Positions 29,104-38,401 are shown, counted from the first letter of the stretch. The stretch is 64,000 bases of DNA from an uncultured Candidatus Saccharibacteria bacterium (GCA_963522845.1 CAUQYZ010000003.1:5914-69913); one strand, 5' to 3'. The notes: generated by a model not told the origin, from the sequence alone. Program-made: numbers and translations.

Positions 29104-29693
29104 AACGCTACAGATTAAATAAGGATTGGTTGCCGTTTGCTAAGGGAACTAAGTTCCTTAAGACCGAGGACAGTGGCAACATGTATACTCTGGAAGACAA
29201 CACAGGCGTGCTGGCTAAAATACCGACAGACCTATTAGACGAGATTATCGACAGCGACCACTGGAAGCCAATGAATGGCGAGAAGTTTTACTACATAGAC
29301 GAGGATGGTGATGTTTTTGATAGCGTATTTGGTCCCGGCGAAAGCCCACTTGACATGGATGTGTACTTACTCGGTAATTGCTTTAGAACCAGAGAAGACG
29401 CTCAAGCTATGGTTGACTGGCTCAGGGCTCGACAAAGACTGATTGAAAGTGGAGCGAGGTTTATCAATTCACGAGACGTTGGCGCCGACAGGAAGCACTT
29501 TATTGTCTACTTTGACGTGAGTGGAGAAAAATTGACGATCGAGGATATTCTTCTTAACGAACACTCTGTATATCAGAAGAGACTATATTTTGACAATGAG
29601 CGATTAGCTCGGAAGAGTGTCAAGGAGTACAAAGACGATTGGCTAACGTATCTTGGCGTGAAGGAGAAGAATGATGAGCGAACTGACGCATAA
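29100..29693 (+). CDS. Phage hypothetical protein
   Basis: WKP..GEKFYYI and GNCFRTREDA motifs of a type seen in phage early proteins. Confidence 0.75.
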   Translation: MKRYRLNKDWLPFAKGTKFLKTEDSGNMYTLEDNTGVLAKIPTDLLDEIIDSDHWKPMNGEKFYYIDEDGDVFDSVFGPGESPLDMDVYLLGNCFRTREDAQAMVDWLRARQRLIESGARFINSRDVGADRKHFIVYFDVSGEKLTIEDILLNEHSVYQKRLYFDNERLARKSVKEYKDDWLTYLGVKEKNDERTDA

Positions 29694-29910
29694 AGAGCTT
29701 TTGGAGTCAAAGCGGATCTTCGACTTAAACATGGTGGGCATTTTCGCACTTATTAAGGTGCTAGGCAACGGTGGTCTGAGTGAAGATGCCGTCACTGATA
29801 TCGCCGATGAACTCGAAGATTACATGATTAGTGTTGAAAGGGCATATGAAAAGATATGGCAATATCTCGATGAGACTGCGCCGAATGAGAAGGAGAAAGA
29901 CAATGAGTGA
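29671..29910 (+). CDS. Phage hypothetical protein
   Basis: SD AAGGAG; overlaps neighbours. Confidence 0.65.
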   Translation: MMSELTHKELLESKRIFDLNMVGIFALIKVLGNGGLSEDAVTDIADELEDYMISVERAYEKIWQYLDETAPNEKEKDNE

Positions 29911-30241
29911 AGAAATTAATAAAACCATGACGGTATGCGTAAGTCTAAAACAATTTGCCAAAGCGACCATGGCTGTATACGCAATGATTGAGGCGGCTAT
30001 TGAGCAATATGACGATACGGCAACGAGTTTTAACGAAGGGTTGTTGGCATTGGGCAACGAGATGAAAACTCATGTCGACTATATCTACACCGTAGCAATC
30101 GAGTCCAGTAAGACCGTTTTACTTACGACTAAGATTCGCATCAAGTCTGAGATTGATAAGTTGGACAGGCTTATAGATGCGTATGAGCAGGTTCAGAAAA
30201 AGCAGTCCAGCAAGAAGAAAGAAGCAGATAATGAAAAGTAA
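29903..30241 (+). CDS. Phage hypothetical protein
   Basis: Start MSEEINK after SD AAGGAG. Confidence 0.65.
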   Translation: MSEEINKTMTVCVSLKQFAKATMAVYAMIEAAIEQYDDTATSFNEGLLALGNEMKTHVDYIYTVAIESSKTVLLTTKIRIKSEIDKLDRLIDAYEQVQKKQSSKKKEADNEK

Positions 30242-30491
30242 TAGGCGTGCATCTGAAGCTTTGATAAACATAGCTTCTGCGATAATCTTATTACCTTTAG
30301 CGGTAGCGATAATTGCCTTCTCGACAGTCTTTACCCGTAACGTCATTCATAGTGCTACCCTGCCTGATGAAAAGCAGGCTCAATGTGAGAGCCTCGGTGG
30401 CAAGTGGTCGGTCAATCATCAATGCTATAACGCAGGCGAGCCAACGACCATTAAGAAGCTCAAGGACAGCTTGAAGGGGGTTGCGAGATGA
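30231..30491 (+). CDS. Phage membrane protein with CESLGGKW...C motif
   Basis: One TM followed by a small Cys domain. Confidence 0.65.
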   Translation: MKSNRRASEALINIASAIILLPLAVAIIAFSTVFTRNVIHSATLPDEKQAQCESLGGKWSVNHQCYNAGEPTTIKKLKDSLKGVAR

Positions 30492-31255
30492 CGGAATACT
30501 CAGAGCTGCGCATAGCTGCAGAGCGGCTCGTAATCTTGGACGAGATAAAGAGTTGTCTCAAGAAATCAGGCGCCAACCTCACCGAACATGACCTTTGCAC
30601 AGTAGAGAGATATCTGCATCATGCAGTCGCCATCGAGCTCACCTTTGCCGATCGAGTCGCAAAGAGGATAGTCGACGAGAGAATTGTATTGCCCGCCAGT
30701 AAACGTCCTCCCCTGTGCGGTTATATAGCGAGAGAAGTAAGCAAGTCTGATTGGTATTCAGAGCTGTTGCGCTTGGCTAGAGGTGATCAGATGTTGAATT
30801 TTGTCAACGCTGAGCTGAGCAGTGCGTCTATCGTCGCCTCCGTCAGGTGGAAGCCCCATATTTTTTCGAAGGTAACATCTTTGATATCCAAAGAACACGG
30901 ATATTCGTCTATAAATATGTTTAATATCGAGGAAGTGCTGAAGCTTGCATTCGACTATGAGAGTAGTATGGTGCATGACCGTATCGTGGAATCGGTAAAC
31001 AGTGCCGTTGTCGAAGCCTGGTCTCGTTATGGATGGCTAAAAAGACAGAGTACTATAGTTGATAACATCCGTATGGTCTTGAACTGCAAGGAGAAAAAGA
31101 TCACAGGAGCTCTGCGCCGTTTTACGGAGCTAATGGGACTGGGATATATATTCAAGCTCGATGATGAACTCACTAGGGAGTTCTTGGTCGAAGCCATCAC
31201 GGAGGGTGTCTGGAAAAGAGTTAAAAATAGTTCGGAGGATAACGATGGCAATTAG
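30488..31255 (+). CDS. Phage hypothetical protein
   Basis: 255-aa ORF with ATGA overlap. Confidence 0.7.
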   Translation: MTEYSELRIAAERLVILDEIKSCLKKSGANLTEHDLCTVERYLHHAVAIELTFADRVAKRIVDERIVLPASKRPPLCGYIAREVSKSDWYSELLRLARGDQMLNFVNAELSSASIVASVRWKPHIFSKVTSLISKEHGYSSINMFNIEEVLKLAFDYESSMVHDRIVESVNSAVVEAWSRYGWLKRQSTIVDNIRMVLNCKEKKITGALRRFTELMGLGYIFKLDDELTREFLVEAITEGVWKRVKNSSEDNDGN

Positions 31256-31571
31256 TCTAGGTTATTACACACTAACTATCGACGAGCTGGAATCGCTGAA
31301 GTCCAACAGCTTACATGACCTAAATATAGAGACGTTAATTTACTCTATAGGCGACGTTAGTTATGTTAAGCAGGGCAGGTTTGTTTGTCGTGACGACACC
31401 GGCAATTGGTACTCCGGTATGCTCTCGTGGAGCGGAAACTCTGAGAAGACTGCCTTTGATAGTGAGTTATTCCCTAAGCCTCACCCGCTTTATGAGCTTA
31501 TGAACATATTGAGAGTAAGTTCTAAAAATACGAACTGTCTAATGCTTTGGCGTTACCTAGACAAAAAATAA
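31245..31571 (+). CDS. Phage hypothetical protein
   Basis: Start MAISLG after SD GGAGG. Confidence 0.6.
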   Translation: MAISLGYYTLTIDELESLKSNSLHDLNIETLIYSIGDVSYVKQGRFVCRDDTGNWYSGMLSWSGNSEKTAFDSELFPKPHPLYELMNILRVSSKNTNCLMLWRYLDKK

Positions 31572-31573
31572 GG

Positions 31574-32032
31574 ATGTGCTTGATGGCGACAGGTAGTGAT
31601 CTCGACGGGTCTATTAGGGATATCAATGGCGATATTGCAATTTGGCTTAATGACGATGGAGTCCTCAAGTCGATATACGGCAAGATGGCCGATGCTATTG
31701 CGAGCGAGGGTCTAAGCCCGTTAGACCTAAGTAATGCCATCAACGCATTATATATGATCCAAGACAGTATCAGAATTAGGTTCTTGTTTTCCGCCAAGAA
31801 GGTTGGCGTGATGACTAATAAAACCATGATCACAATCATGCTGCGCTGCTCTATCTACGAGAAGATATTGAGAAACGTCGGGGCATATCTGCGAGTTGTG
31901 TCGACCAAGAGACCGTATCCCACGCCGAAGTCTATGTATATAGACTCAATGGCAATGGTCGCCATGTACGGTCGCCCCGAAGCACATTCTCGCCGAGCAT
32001 CAAAAGCGATACAGCTGAAGCTTGACCAATAA
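31574..32032 (+). CDS. Phage hypothetical protein
   Basis: ORF continuing the early operon; start uncertain. Confidence 0.6.
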   Translation: MCLMATGSDLDGSIRDINGDIAIWLNDDGVLKSIYGKMADAIASEGLSPLDLSNAINALYMIQDSIRIRFLFSAKKVGVMTNKTMITIMLRCSIYEKILRNVGAYLRVVSTKRPYPTPKSMYIDSMAMVAMYGRPEAHSRRASKAIQLKLDQ

Positions 32033-32054
32033 ATAATTAAAGAGAGGAGTAATT

Positions 32055-32186
32055 ATGCAGAGTGTATGGAACGTAGTATCGACGATGTCAGGCATCGCCC
32101 TTATAGCGGGGCTGGCCTTGGTTATCCTGGTGATAGTAGTCCTAATCGCAGCTACCATTATCAGCGTCACGGAGCTTAAAAAGTAG
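32055..32186 (+). CDS. 43-aa hydrophobic peptide, last early gene
   Basis: MQSVWNVVSTMSGIALIAGLALVILVIVVLIAATIISVTELKK; SD AGAGGAG. Confidence 0.65.
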   Translation: MQSVWNVVSTMSGIALIAGLALVILVIVVLIAATIISVTELKK

Positions 32187-32405
32187 ATTGCTTGGCGGTA
32201 CTAGTAGGTGGTGTGTGTATTTAACTATTTTCTCCACATACTGCTGATAGCCAATAGTAACAACAAATTCGCCTCGACCCACCTGAGACGGCCGCCAAGG
32301 GGGTGCCTCCCATTACCTCACATAAAGCTAGTAAACGGAACAAGGTGAAGTACAAGAAAGAAACTCGCAAGCGGATACCCTCCGCAAGAAGAAAATAGCT
32401 AGCAC

Positions 32406-32433
32406 AGCCCCACTCTTGGGGCTTTTTAGTTTT
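32406..32433 (+). terminator. Terminator ending early transcription just before the invertible segment
   Basis: AGCCCCA-ctct-TGGGGCT plus T-rich tail. Confidence 0.8.
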
Positions 32434-32440
32434 CACTGCC

Positions 32441-32502
32441 ATTACCGACGCTAACATCAACGATATCCGACAACGGTCGTATCTGACCAGGGAGCTGATA
32501 AG
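32441..32502 (+). repeat. 62-bp inverted repeat, left (IR-L)
   Basis: Exact reverse complement of 33302-33363; encodes ITDANINDIRQRSYLTRELI. Confidence 0.97.
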
Positions 32503-32947
32503 CTACACTATGCCGTCCGTCTCCAGTAGACAGAAGTCACCTCAGACATTCGAGGCAAACGGAGTACAGACTAGAGTGCGAGGGTTTACTGATGCTTATC
32601 GAAGTACAACTGACTATGGTGGATACTTTGTGTTAAACGGCGACCATGTAAAAATTATCAGACCTGGTATATACCTAGCTCGTTGGCAAGTCTTGACCAT
32701 AGAAGCTAATAACATCTTCGGTCTAATCTGCGTCGGTACAGGCAATGGAACCGGTGCTTATGAGATATACCACGGGCTTTTCAAGGCAGCCTCCCCGACC
32801 GGTTATCAGAGCATTGGCGGAACTAACATCCTCATCGTTGATACACCAAGCTCGTGCGTGTGGGTAAACATAGAAAATAGAGCACTAAGGACAGCAACCC
32901 TAGCGGACCAGACGTATATTCAGCTAGCGAAGTTGGGCGACTTATAG
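32501..32947 (+). CDS. Silent alternative C-terminal cassette of the tail fibre (beta-rich)
   Basis: In frame with IR-L (…LTRELI-SYT-MPSVSS…); no RBS of its own seen; convergent with the expressed cassette. Confidence 0.85.
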   Translation, partial: SYTMPSVSSRQKSPQTFEANGVQTRVRGFTDAYRSTTDYGGYFVLNGDHVKIIRPGIYLARWQVLTIEANNIFGLICVGTGNGTGAYEIYHGLFKAASPTGYQSIGGTNILIVDTPSSCVWVNIENRALRTATLADQTYIQLAKLGDL

Positions 32948-32955
32948 ATGAAGAG

Positions 32956-33891
32956 CTAATTGCTCGGTTCAGGGTCGTCCGTGAAGTAGACAACGAAGAC
33001 CGTCACCGGCCAACCGGCGTGTGAAGGATGCTCCGTGTTCCACGACATGAGCCCGTCTGGGCGCATCAAAAACGCCCCCGTGTTCAATTGTCCGGTATCG
33101 GCTGTGTAAATGCCCATAGCACCTCGTGTCGGTATTGTCGGTCGATAGCCGACCGGTATCCTTTCATTGCTGGTTCCCGAGACAGGCATTGAGGATGTCG
33201 TACTGAATGCCATGGCGACGCACATACTGCCTCTGCGTTGAATATTAAGCTTTAGCCCGAAAGGACCGGCGATATTGGTCTTTTCATATATCTTGTCCTG
33301 TCTTATCAGCTCCCTGGTCAGATACGACCGTTGTCGGATATCGTTGATGTTAGCGTCGGTAATTAAGCTGGCGCCGCTCGTTACCTGTACGCTTGCTATT
33401 ACCTGGTACAGTGTGGTCGTACCGTTCGGCAGTGCACTGCGGATCTTCGCTGCATTCGGTAGTTGTGGCGTCGCAGCTACGTCACCACCGACCACTACAA
33501 TTCCAACCGAGCCGGGATTGTCGGTCGTGTCGCTATCCCCTTCGACAGTCATGTCTTTGTATAGCACGATAGCATCAAGACGTGAATTAGCTGTCGGTGC
33601 CGGCGGAATTGTCAGCCTAATCGGAGTGTTATTGCGATTAAAAACCACATGTCTATCCCCTATGCCGTCATCCGTCAGCAGGGCGACGTCCTTGATAGCC
33701 TCGCTGCCGGCCGTCTCCCCGCCTACTCGTACGGACATGCCGAGCGGGTTATCTGCACACACCCTAAAGCCGGATACTATCCCGGCTGAGAAAGCGTTAG
33801 CAGCTCCGGCTGAATAGCCTTCGACTGAGGTCATGCCGCCATATTTGTTCGGTGTCCCCAGGGGGTCTCCCGGGTTGTTTTGATTAGCCAT
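32956..33891 (-). CDS. Tail fibre / receptor-binding protein (196-aa constant part plus variable C-terminus)
   Basis: N-terminal GMSVRVG...PAPTANSRLDAIV...IASVQVTSGASLITDANIND; C-terminal RRGS...RIPVGYRP, typical of tail-fibre domains; SD AGGAG. Confidence 0.8.
   Translation of the reverse strand: MANQNNPGDPLGTPNKYGGMTSVEGYSAGAANAFSAGIVSGFRVCADNPLGMSVRVGGETAGSEAIKDVALLTDDGIGDRHVVFNRNNTPIRLTIPPAPTANSRLDAIVLYKDMTVEGDSDTTDNPGSVGIVVVGGDVAATPQLPNAAKIRSALPNGTTTLYQVIASVQVTSGASLITDANINDIRQRSYLTRELIRQDKIYEKTNIAGPFGLKLNIQRRGSMCVAMAFSTTSSMPVSGTSNERIPVGYRPTIPTRGAMGIYTADTGQLNTGAFLMRPDGLMSWNTEHPSHAGWPVTVFVVYFTDDPEPSN
33302..33363 (-). repeat. 62-bp inverted repeat, right (IR-R), inside the tail-fibre gene
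   Basis: Exact reverse complement of 32441-32502. Confidence 0.97.
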
Positions 33892-33915
33892 GAATGATTT
33901 CTCCTATGTTAGTTA

Positions 33916-34560
33916 TCAGTAGCAGAGCCCGTAGACGCTGCCGGTGCCGAAATTACGCCTGGCGATGTAATTACGATTGCCGGAGTAGCCAACGTAGCTG
34001 ATCCAGCGATAGCCGTTTGCATCGATATAGCTGTCGTATTGCACTGTTTGTCCGATACCCAGAGTGCCCACGGTTTGACCGTTTAGACTCGGTTGCCGGC
34101 GAATGTTCATTCTATCGGTTGCTCGGTACGTGCCGTGCTGCTCGATGCGCTGACCGTTGGTTCTCGCCACTATCGGGCGTAGCCGGCAAAGAGCATCCGG
34201 TCGGAATATCGCTTGGTATCCCCGGAAAGGACTATGCCTGAGTGCCACCCTGAGCGCTATGGTGCCGTTTTGGTCGAGAAAGAGCCCGTCGGTGTTTATC
34301 ATCCCGATATGCCCGAAACCTCCACCATAATTAGCTCCATAGCGGATAATATCGCCCGGTCGAGGTGCATCCCCGACTCGGTGAAACCTGGGTGGTATGA
34401 AGTCCTTAGCATTACCCCTAGGAGCATAAGGGATATCGTAGCACCGGTAGAGGTACTGCTGAATCAAGCTAACGCATTGCCCCGGATAGCTACCGTTCGG
34501 ATTAGATACCTGTCCGGTACCGATAGCCCACTCACAAAACTCGTCTAGACTAATTGTCAT
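33916..34560 (-). CDS. Endolysin: CHAP amidase plus SH3b (SH3_5) cell-wall binding domain
   Basis: GQCVSL...GNAKD...FGHIG; MNIRRQPSL...YDSYIDANGYRWISY; ATG 34560 after SD GAGGAGG. Confidence 0.88.
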   Translation of the reverse strand: MTISLDEFCEWAIGTGQVSNPNGSYPGQCVSLIQQYLYRCYDIPYAPRGNAKDFIPPRFHRVGDAPRPGDIIRYGANYGGGFGHIGMINTDGLFLDQNGTIALRVALRHSPFRGYQAIFRPDALCRLRPIVARTNGQRIEQHGTYRATDRMNIRRQPSLNGQTVGTLGIGQTVQYDSYIDANGYRWISYVGYSGNRNYIARRNFGTGSVYGLCY

Positions 34561-34672
34561 CGTTATCCTCCTCTGTGTTCTTGTTGCCAAATGGGTTGCT
34601 AATACCGTAGACCTTACCCTTGAACTCAAAACCCGGCCTAACGTCGCCGCTATCCGTTGTGCCACTATCCAT
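34550..34672 (-). CDS. 40-aa acidic peptide between holin and lysin
   Basis: MDSGTTDSGDVRPGFEFKGKVYGISNPFGNKNTEEDNDDN; SD AGGAGG; overlaps both neighbours. Confidence 0.5.
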   Translation of the reverse strand: MDSGTTDSGDVRPGFEFKGKVYGISNPFGNKNTEEDNDDN

Positions 34673-34988
34673 TGTTGACCTCCTGTTCTACGTTGATCTT
34701 ATTTACCTTGTTTGCGCTAGTACCGGTAGCACTAGTCGAGCTGTTGCCAAAGCCCGCCTTGACAGTGGCGTTGACCCCCGACGCTACTAAACCGAGCACC
34801 ATGCCGTAATACAGGTCAAGTCCTCGACTTAGCCCAACCAGAGCCCCCGTTACCGCTGCTACCACTATGACCAGCGCCTTCTGGTAGTCTTTCTTGATGA
34901 GCAGCTTGGCTAGCTCTGTAGCCCCGGTAATGGCCATCACTAAGATGGTCAGGTCGATTGGATTAATTTTACTTATTAGATCTTGCAT
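34665..34988 (-). CDS. Putative holin
   Basis: Small multi-TM protein with GMVLGLVASG directly upstream of the lysin. Confidence 0.75.
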   Translation of the reverse strand: MQDLISKINPIDLTILVMAITGATELAKLLIKKDYQKALVIVVAAVTGALVGLSRGLDLYYGMVLGLVASGVNATVKAGFGNSSTSATGTSANKVNKINVEQEVNNG

Positions 34989-35011
34989 TTCTCTCTCCTT
35001 TCATTAGATTA

Positions 35012-35296
35012 TTAGTGCAAGCTGTTTAGAAAATGCATCAGTAAGAAGGTTACGATAGCGGTGATGATCGATGATATCAGCGCCGTTCCGACTAGCGGTC
35101 GATTAGCCTTAAACTCCAGATAGCTGAGACGACTCTCATGCTTATCCAGGGCGTTGTTGCGATCTTTCACTGCCAGCTCTAACGCTGATTTACTGGCCAG
35201 GGTGTCCAGCTTCTCGTTGATTGACTTGAAACCGCTCTCAATCTCCTGCTGTATCAATGCGATTTGGGCTTCTGAGCTGAGATTTTGATTACTCAT
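35012..35296 (-). CDS. Coiled-coil protein with C-terminal TM (lysis-module associated)
   Basis: …INEKLD…HESRLSYLE followed by a TM. Confidence 0.65.
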   Translation of the reverse strand: MSNQNLSSEAQIALIQQEIESGFKSINEKLDTLASKSALELAVKDRNNALDKHESRLSYLEFKANRPLVGTALISSIITAIVTFLLMHFLNSLH

Positions 35297-37517
35297 AGCT
35301 AACCTCTATCTCGCCAACAGTGATCATGAACACCGTCTGACACTCGCAATATGGGTGGATGTGAGCACCTTCGATGTTCTCGTAGTTGTTAGTCCAGTGT
35401 CCGCCCAGCGTGCCGTCGATTGTCTCACCGACGCCGACTATCGGGTTGTCAAGCTCGAACCATTGCCCGGCGAGTGACTGACAATACTCACACGGGTGAG
35501 CTCCGTCGTTCCGAACGCTCTTGAACGCTCGAGCACCGGTCTGCTTAGCCCAGTACCTCACCTGGTCGACTTTCTGTAGTTCGTCGGCTCGATGTGTCTC
35601 TGATACTGCCAGCCGCTCAGCGTCCTTTCCGTCGATGAGTGCTCCTAGACGGTCGGCAAGCCCGTCTGCGTCCAGCCCTTCCGCTCGAGCTTTACTGATG
35701 GTCGTTACTATTCGTTGCCTGATGTATTCGCTGTGATTGCGAGCTACTGTGCGTAAATGGTCTCTTAGGTCACGAACGACAGGTGAGCTGGTCGATTGAA
35801 TATTACTTATTAGCTTGCGCATATTCTCGGGTGTTTTGTTTTTGCGGTAGTTATTGATGCTTCTTGACAGCCTCTGATCACCGCCGGTGTAGGTGGTTGC
35901 TAAGTTATCCGTCGGGATGTTAATCGACCGCAAGAACGCCAGCCCGGGACCAACTCTTTTATTGCCCAGCTCGAAGACCGTCATGGTGATTATGGCGGTG
36001 AGCATGACGGCCAGCTCCTCTTCATCTCGCAGTCTCTTCTGTCTCTCTTCGTCACTCTCGTCGTCGGCTGCCTTGATGAGCAGGTCGTTCTTTGCGACTT
36101 GTTCACTCAGCTCGAGTTCATATGCAGTGACTATGTGCTTAAGTTGCTCGCTGTATTTCTTTAGGTCAATCTTTAACGGGCAATACACCGGTTGAGATTG
36201 AGCAACTTTTTTATGCATTACCGCCCTTGGCTTTCTTGAGGCGGTACTGTCGGGCGTGTCATCGCCATCCTGAACATTAAAGTTATCCAGACGGTACTTC
36301 TTGTTGGCCATAGCCAGGTATCGAGCCGGCAAACCGAGAATTTCAATAGCACCCTCAGTTGTGTATCCCTGGTCGGTTAACGCCTTGATGTTGCCGATAT
36401 TGACCGTATCCGTCTGAGCCTTCTTGTAGTCTTCGTCGGCAAAAGCCGGGCGAGCCGACTCGTAGGTGAACGATCCACCGATATCACCGAAGATGTTAGA
36501 TGCTTCAGCCGTGAGCTTATCGTAGAGTGCTTTAGCGATTGGGTCGACCACGCTGTCGTAGAAGATCCACTCCGCCATTATCACGGAGGCGTAATTTGAG
36601 TTGGATAAGAACCCTTTAATCTCATTCGGTACTCCGATGGGACTACTGAGTCGCCTCTCGGTAAAGTCGATGATGTCCGACGTAGTCATATCCCTGGCGT
36701 TGCTTTGGATTTGCTGCCAAGTAACCATCGGTACGCCGGGTTTGCCGTTGACGAGCGGAGTATGGCTGAATATCGGCTCGTTATTACCTCCACCGTTTGC
36801 CATCGATTCGATGATACTGTTCTTGACCGTCTGATACTTGTCGTTGGTGTCGGCGATGATATTGAATTGCCCATTGGGAGTTCCACCTCGAGCATAGTAC
36901 TTTTCCTGCATCTGTCGGTTCAGATCATCCAGCTTTGCCCAGGGCATCATCGCTCGATAGGCGGCATAGCCTCGACTGAGGTCACGGGGGTCAAGCACGT
37001 CAGATATCTCCAGCACCCGATTTGGATTGACGCTAACGTTCTGCTTCTTCAGTATGGTCGATATCACTCTGCCTTCGTCATCCAGTGAGACGTTAGTCGG
37101 CAAGAGAATGTCATAGCCGGTTACCTGCGAGATAGATCTGACCGGTTCATCATATGCCGACTTGTTGTCCAGGAGGAGCAGGTAGAACTTATCATGCACC
37201 AGCAGATTGATGGCGAGGTTCTTGCGGAACTGACTGGCTGACATCTTGTTGTTTGGTCGGTATAGCGCATTGAGGAGTGGAGAGTCTGTCGGCTTATTCT
37301 TGCGGTCGACGAAGAACGGCTCGATCTTAGCGAAGCCGTTAGCTGCCTTGACTATGTCGGCGTAGGCGTTGTCCAGATAATCTCCGTCGCCCGATAAACG
37401 AAAGCTTGACCCTAGGCTGCGTCCTAGATTGCTGGCTATTCCGGTGGGGTCTCTAAAGGCGGTGATGGCTGATTGTATTCGCCTAAAGACGCTGGTAGAT
37501 TTCTTACTCATCTTCAT
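35289..37517 (-). CDS. Portal protein fused to a MuF/SPP1-gp7-like minor head domain
   Basis: Portal-like LLNALYRPNNKMSASQF, GGTPNG, IGVPNEIKG..SNYAS; C-terminal AERLAVSETHRA, CEYC..LAGQ, HIHPYCEC. Confidence 0.85.
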   Translation of the reverse strand: MKMSKKSTSVFRRIQSAITAFRDPTGIASNLGRSLGSSFRLSGDGDYLDNAYADIVKAANGFAKIEPFFVDRKNKPTDSPLLNALYRPNNKMSASQFRKNLAINLLVHDKFYLLLLDNKSAYDEPVRSISQVTGYDILLPTNVSLDDEGRVISTILKKQNVSVNPNRVLEISDVLDPRDLSRGYAAYRAMMPWAKLDDLNRQMQEKYYARGGTPNGQFNIIADTNDKYQTVKNSIIESMANGGGNNEPIFSHTPLVNGKPGVPMVTWQQIQSNARDMTTSDIIDFTERRLSSPIGVPNEIKGFLSNSNYASVIMAEWIFYDSVVDPIAKALYDKLTAEASNIFGDIGGSFTYESARPAFADEDYKKAQTDTVNIGNIKALTDQGYTTEGAIEILGLPARYLAMANKKYRLDNFNVQDGDDTPDSTASRKPRAVMHKKVAQSQPVYCPLKIDLKKYSEQLKHIVTAYELELSEQVAKNDLLIKAADDESDEERQKRLRDEEELAVMLTAIITMTVFELGNKRVGPGLAFLRSINIPTDNLATTYTGGDQRLSRSINNYRKNKTPENMRKLISNIQSTSSPVVRDLRDHLRTVARNHSEYIRQRIVTTISKARAEGLDADGLADRLGALIDGKDAERLAVSETHRADELQKVDQVRYWAKQTGARAFKSVRNDGAHPCEYCQSLAGQWFELDNPIVGVGETIDGTLGGHWTNNYENIEGAHIHPYCECQTVFMITVGEIEVSYE

Positions 37518-37522
37518 ACTCC

Positions 37523-37544
37523 TCACTATATAGAAACCTCGAAA
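37523..37544 (-). promoter_or_regulatory. Late-promoter-like motif, copy 1 (TTTCGAGGTTTCTATATAGTGA)
   Basis: Identical to 49674-49695; directly upstream of the portal gene. Confidence 0.7.
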
Positions 37545-37546
37545 AA

Positions 37547-37966
37547 CTACTGTGTCTTCACTTGTTCTATGGTGAACTTCCCCGTCTTATTTCCGTTCGC
37601 CACCACTCGCACGATGTATGTGCCGTTACCATAAGCCGGCATGTAATAGGCGTAGGTTATCACCTGTCCATCCCCGGCTTGAGTACTATCTATCTGAGTA
37701 AAATACTCGGAAAACCCGTTGATAGAGTTGTCATACCGAATCTCACTGATTGATATCTCGCCGATAAAATATCCTTTATCGCCAAAGTTGAAGGTCACCT
37801 TGAGCCACACACCGATGGCGTTGCCCGAGTCCAGTCTGAGGCTGGCGGATGTTAGCTTGGTGATTAAAGCGTAACCGGGCATTGGTTGTCGAGCTTTTAG
37901 GGCGAGTACCTGTTTGCGCTGCTGATTGACGATATCCACCAGGCTGCTTTCTCTTGGCGTAATCAT
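37547..37966 (-). CDS. Minor tail/baseplate protein (paralog 3)
   Basis: N-terminal LALKARQ motif; beta-rich. Confidence 0.65.
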   Translation of the reverse strand: MITPRESSLVDIVNQQRKQVLALKARQPMPGYALITKLTSASLRLDSGNAIGVWLKVTFNFGDKGYFIGEISISEIRYDNSINGFSEYFTQIDSTQAGDGQVITYAYYMPAYGNGTYIVRVVANGNKTGKFTIEQVKTQ

Positions 37967-38391
37967 GAGTGTTGCACGACCTCCACGGCAATACTGCCCG
38001 GCTCGGCAGACAGAACTTGTACCTTGACCCGAGCACCGGCACTGGCGAGGTTTGCGCCACTAATAAATCTCACGAGCCCCGACTGCGAGCTGGGTTCTCT
38101 TCTCATCACCGGACCGTTGTTGCGTCCGCCGATACCGTAGTATTCCAACCCTAGCGGATCTACCTCCGGCTCCAGGGTGGCACTGACGTTTAGACAACTT
38201 GAATTAGAGTTATCCGCCTTGAAGGTGACTACGGCGGAGCACACTTGACCGGCGTTATTTATGCTGGGTAGGTAGACAACGTTGTTATAGACATACGCTC
38301 CGAACGAGTCAAGCGAAGTGCGCTGACCGGCTTTCAGCGCTTCCAGCATCGTCCGGTTGTCGTTAACTTGAGTAATTATGTCGTCATTCAT
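37963..38391 (-). CDS. Minor tail/baseplate protein (paralog 2)
   Basis: LEALKAGQ motif. Confidence 0.65.
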   Translation of the reverse strand: MNDDIITQVNDNRTMLEALKAGQRTSLDSFGAYVYNNVVYLPSINNAGQVCSAVVTFKADNSNSSCLNVSATLEPEVDPLGLEYYGIGGRNNGPVMRREPSSQSGLVRFISGANLASAGARVKVQVLSAEPGSIAVEVVQHS

Positions 38392-38401
38392 TCGACTTGA
38401 C

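Noticed and set aside
32441..33363. Diversity-generating retroelement template/variable repeat pair
   Set aside because: Repeats are inverted and identical with no adenine-specific mismatches, and no reverse transcriptase is present
34561..34665. 35-aa N-terminal extension (signal-like) on the endolysin in the ORF track
   Set aside because: A strong SD precedes ATG 34560, and the region is better explained by a separate 40-aa ORF in another frame
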